From Narcine bancroftii (lineage: Eukaryota): a DNA stretch of 64,000 nucleotides. The stretch spans positions 20,336,001 to 20,400,000 of the forward strand of contig NC_091482.1 in NCBI RefSeq assembly GCF_036971445.1, in the 5' to 3' direction. Shown here in pieces: positions 60,642-64,000 of the stretch; within the stretch, counting starts at the first letter, position 1; each line of letters begins with the position of its first letter. A program made the position numbers and the translations under genes. Below the pieces are notes generated by a model that was not told the DNA's origin, ran no database searches, and worked only from the letters and a program-made list of their open reading frames with translations.

Positions 60642-63600
60642 TTTTTTTAAAATTTTTTATTTTTCACACCATAAATCACATTAACCATGGTACACACTTT
60701 TTCCTTTTCACACATATATAGTTATATAGTGCCATTTTCTCCCCCCCCCTTCCTCCCATCCCACCCTCCCTACCTCCCCCCTCCCATCCATTTAAGGTAT
60801 ACATTCTAGGATACATTAAACCAGTCAGACAATGTTGTCATTCAATAAAAATACACCAGAAATTCTACTGAGTCCATTCTTTTCATTTCCTTTTCCTTCC
60901 GTTAACTTAGGTAATGACTGTCCCCGGTAGGTTTTCGCTATTGTATTTAATGTAAGGCTCCCAAATTTGTTCGAATATTTCAATATTATTTCTTAAACTA
61001 TATGTTATTTTTTCTAATGGAATACATTTATTCATTTCTATATTTTTTCTTTCTTTGGCTTGGCTTCGCGGACGAAGATTTATGGAGGGGGTAAAAAGTC
61101 CACGTCAGCTGCAGGCTCGTTTGTGGCTGACCAGTCCGATGCGGGACAGGCAGACACGATTGCAGCGGTTGCAAGGGAAAATTGGTTGGTTGGGGTTGGG
61201 TGTTGGGTTTTTCCTCCTTTGCCTTTTGTCAGTGAGGTGGGCTCTGCGGTCTTCTTCAAAGGAGGCTGCTGCCCGCCAAACTGTGAGGCGCCAAGATGCA
61301 CGGTTTGAGGCGTTATCAGCCCACTGGCGGTGGTCAATGTGGCAGGCACCAAGAGATTTCTTTAGGCAGTCCTTGTACCTTTTCTTTGGTGCACCTCTGT
61401 CACGGTGGCCAGTGGAGAGCTCGCCATATAATACGATCTTGGGAAGGCGATGGTCCTCCATTCTGGAGACGTGACCCATCCAGCGCAGCTGGATCTTCAG
61501 CAGCGTGGACTCGATGCTGTCGACCTCTGCCATCTCGAGTACCTCGACGTTAGGGGATGTCCCCCAAAGTTCCTCAACATGATTATCCAACTGCACGAAA
61601 ACCAACAAGGTCGGGTCAGATACAGCAATGAGCTCTCTGAACCCTTCTCCATTAACAATGGCGTGAAGCAAGGCTGTGTTCTCGCACCAACCCTCTTTTC
61701 AATCTTCTTCAGCATGATGCTGAACCAAGCCATGAAAGACCCCAACAATGAAGACGCTGTTTACATCCGGTACCGCACGGATGGCAGTCTCTTCAATCTG
61801 AGGCGCCTGCAAGCTCACACCAAGACACAAGAGAAACTTGTCCGTGAACTACTCTTTGCAGATGATGCCGCTTTAGTTGCCCATTCAGAGCCAGCTCTTC
61901 AGCGCTTGACGTCCTGCTTTGCGGAAACTGCCAAAATGTTTGGCCTGGAAGTCAGCCTGAAGAAAACTGAGGTCCTCCATCAGCCAGCTCCCCACCATGA
62001 CTACCAGCCCCCCCACATCTCCATCGGGCACACAAAACTCAAAACGGTCAACCAGTTTACCTATCTCGGCTGCACCATTTCATCAGATGCAAGGATCGAC
62101 AATGAGATAGACAACAGACTCGCCAAGGCAAATAGCGCCTTTGGAAGACTACACAAAAGAGTCTGGAAAAACAACCAACTGAAAAACCTCACAAAGATAA
62201 GCGTATACAGAGCCGTTGTCATACCCACACTCCTGTTCGGCTCCGAATCATGGGTCCTCTACCGGCACCACCTACGGCTCCTAGAACGCTTCCACCAGCG
62301 TTGTCTCCGCTCCATCCTCAACATCCATTGGAGCGCTCACACCCCTAACGTCGAGGTCATTTCTATATACCATTGTTGTATTTTCAAATTATCTTCCAAT
62401 TTCCAGGTTGGCATAATACATTTTTTTTGCTACGGCTAGAGCTACCTTAACAAATCTTTTTTGTGCATCCTCCAAATCAATTCCAAATTCTTTGTTTTTT
62501 ATGTTACTTAGGAGGAAGATCTCTGGATTCTTTGGTATATTGTTTTCTGTTATTTTATTTAATATCTGATTTAGATCTTCCCAAATTTTTTTTTTTACTT
62601 TCTCACATGTCCAGATTGCATGAATTGTTGTTCCCATTTTTTTTTTAAAATATATATATAAAAACATCGAAAACATCTATCAGATACTGTTGGGTCCCAT
62701 TTATTTAACTTTTGAGGTGTAATGTATAGCCTGTGTATCCAGTTATATTGTATCATACGTAACCTCGTATTTATTGTATTTCTCATCGTTCCGGAGCATA
62801 ACTTCTCCCATGTTTCCTTTTTTATCTTTATATTTAAATCTTGTTCCCATTTTTATTTAGTTTTACCATTTGTTTCCTCATTCTCCTTTTCTTGCAGTTT
62901 AATATACATATTTGTTATAAATCTTTTGATTATCATTGTATCTGTAATCACATATTCAAGGTTACTTCCCTCTGGCAAACTCAAACTGCTTCCTAATTTA
63001 TCCTTCAAGTAGGATCTCAATTGGTAATATGCCAGCGCTGTATCTTGAGTTATATTGTACTTATCTTTCATTCGTTCAAAGGATAAGAATCTATTTCCTG
63101 AAAAACAATTTTCTATTCTTTTAATCCTTTCTTCCCTTTCTCTTTCTTTTTCTTTCTTTTTCAATCTTTTTATTATTATTATAATTTATAAACACATACA
63201 GTTCAAAGAGATATAAAAAAAATACATAGTAAGTAATGAATTAATACAGAGATATTAAACAATATTACAGAATAAAAATATATCATAAAAAAAAAATTTT
63301 GATCAGTTTAGGGTGTGAACTATCTCTAAAAAAAGATATAATTAATAACAATATATGAAAGAAAAATAACCCCAAAAAAGAAGAAAAAACAAATCTGAAT
63401 TAAAAAAAACTTTAAAAAAAAACCCTACAGATATAGCTAAACCACGCCGATCACTCCGATCTCATCTTACAGCCCAATTATCATACATAATCATAGAAAG
63501 AAAACAGAGCCAGATGAATCCCATTCTCTAAAGGAAAGGTTATCTATTGTAAAAGGGAGTAACTTGTTTTGCGTCAATATTAGTTTTGGTAATTGATAAT

Positions 63601-64000
63601 TTGTTTTATTTCTTTCTACATGTATCTTCTTCCAAATATTGAAGAGATGATGTAATACTGGAGAACTTCTATGTTGTACCAATTTTTCATCCCATTTATA
63701 TAATATGTGTTCAGGTATCTTTTCCCCTATTTTATCTAATTCTAATCTCGTCCAATCTGGCTTTTCCCTTGTTTGATAAAAATCTGATAGGTATCTTAAT
63801 TGTGCGGCTCTATAATAATTTTTAAAATTTGGCAGTTGTAAGCCTCCTTGTTTATACCATTCTGTTCATTTATCTAGTGCTATCCTCAGTTTCCCCACTC
63901 TCCATAAAAATTTCCTTATTATTTTCTTTAACTCCTTGAAGAATTTCTCTGTCAGTTGTATTGGCAATGCCTGAAATAAGTATAATATCCTTGGAAAAAT
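60642..64000 (-). mobile_element. L1-clade LINE 3' portion (continues beyond window), interrupted by RTE and a second insertion at ~63137-63517
   Basis: GGLQLPNF, RLRMIQYNWIHRLYITP, DRCFRC, HAIWTCEKV motifs and an A-rich tail at 60642; same family as 19963-20968. Confidence 0.92.
61044..62356 (-). mobile_element. Young RTE-clade LINE with 5' inversion
   Basis: 3' part on - (61044-61556); upstream RT part inverted on + (GVKQGCVLAPTLF, LLFADD, FTYLG; no stops); 12-bp TSD TCATTTCTATAT at 61032-61043 and 62357-62368. Confidence 0.95.

Noticed and set aside
61450-62439. 329-aa RT ORF as a domesticated gene or a retron/DGR-like system
   Set aside because: It is the inverted segment of an RTE insertion bounded by a TSD; its N- and C-termini come from antisense RTE and host L1 sequence

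Overview
This is vertebrate genomic DNA, most likely from a cartilaginous fish (ray/shark; inferred from HE1-like V-SINEs and abundant CR1, Penelope, L1 and RTE repeats). It is not prokaryotic, and I found no CRISPR, rRNA or tRNA genes. Two complete genes lie tail-to-tail, as in other vertebrates. GUSB (beta-glucuronidase) is on +, with 12 coding exons from 6634 to 33637, 637 aa, all GT-AG introns with matching phases. VKORC1L1 is on -, with 3 coding exons from 59650 to 38958, 175 aa. Introns and flanks are dense with nested transposons. Most notable observations: (1) a candidate unannotated spliced gene diverging from the GUSB CpG island, with a signal-peptide-like exon; (2) two near-identical young RTE LINE copies, one 5'-truncated and one 5'-inverted, that break at the same hairpin-containing site; (3) a hAT MITE family present both as a ~130-bp palindromic monomer and as a ~375-bp inverted dimer, each with its own 8-bp TSD; (4) tandem CLEAR-like E-boxes, a solo LTR and minisatellites around the gene starts. 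Exon and TSD coordinates were read by eye. Boundaries of old repeats are approximate and family names come from motif recognition, not database searches.
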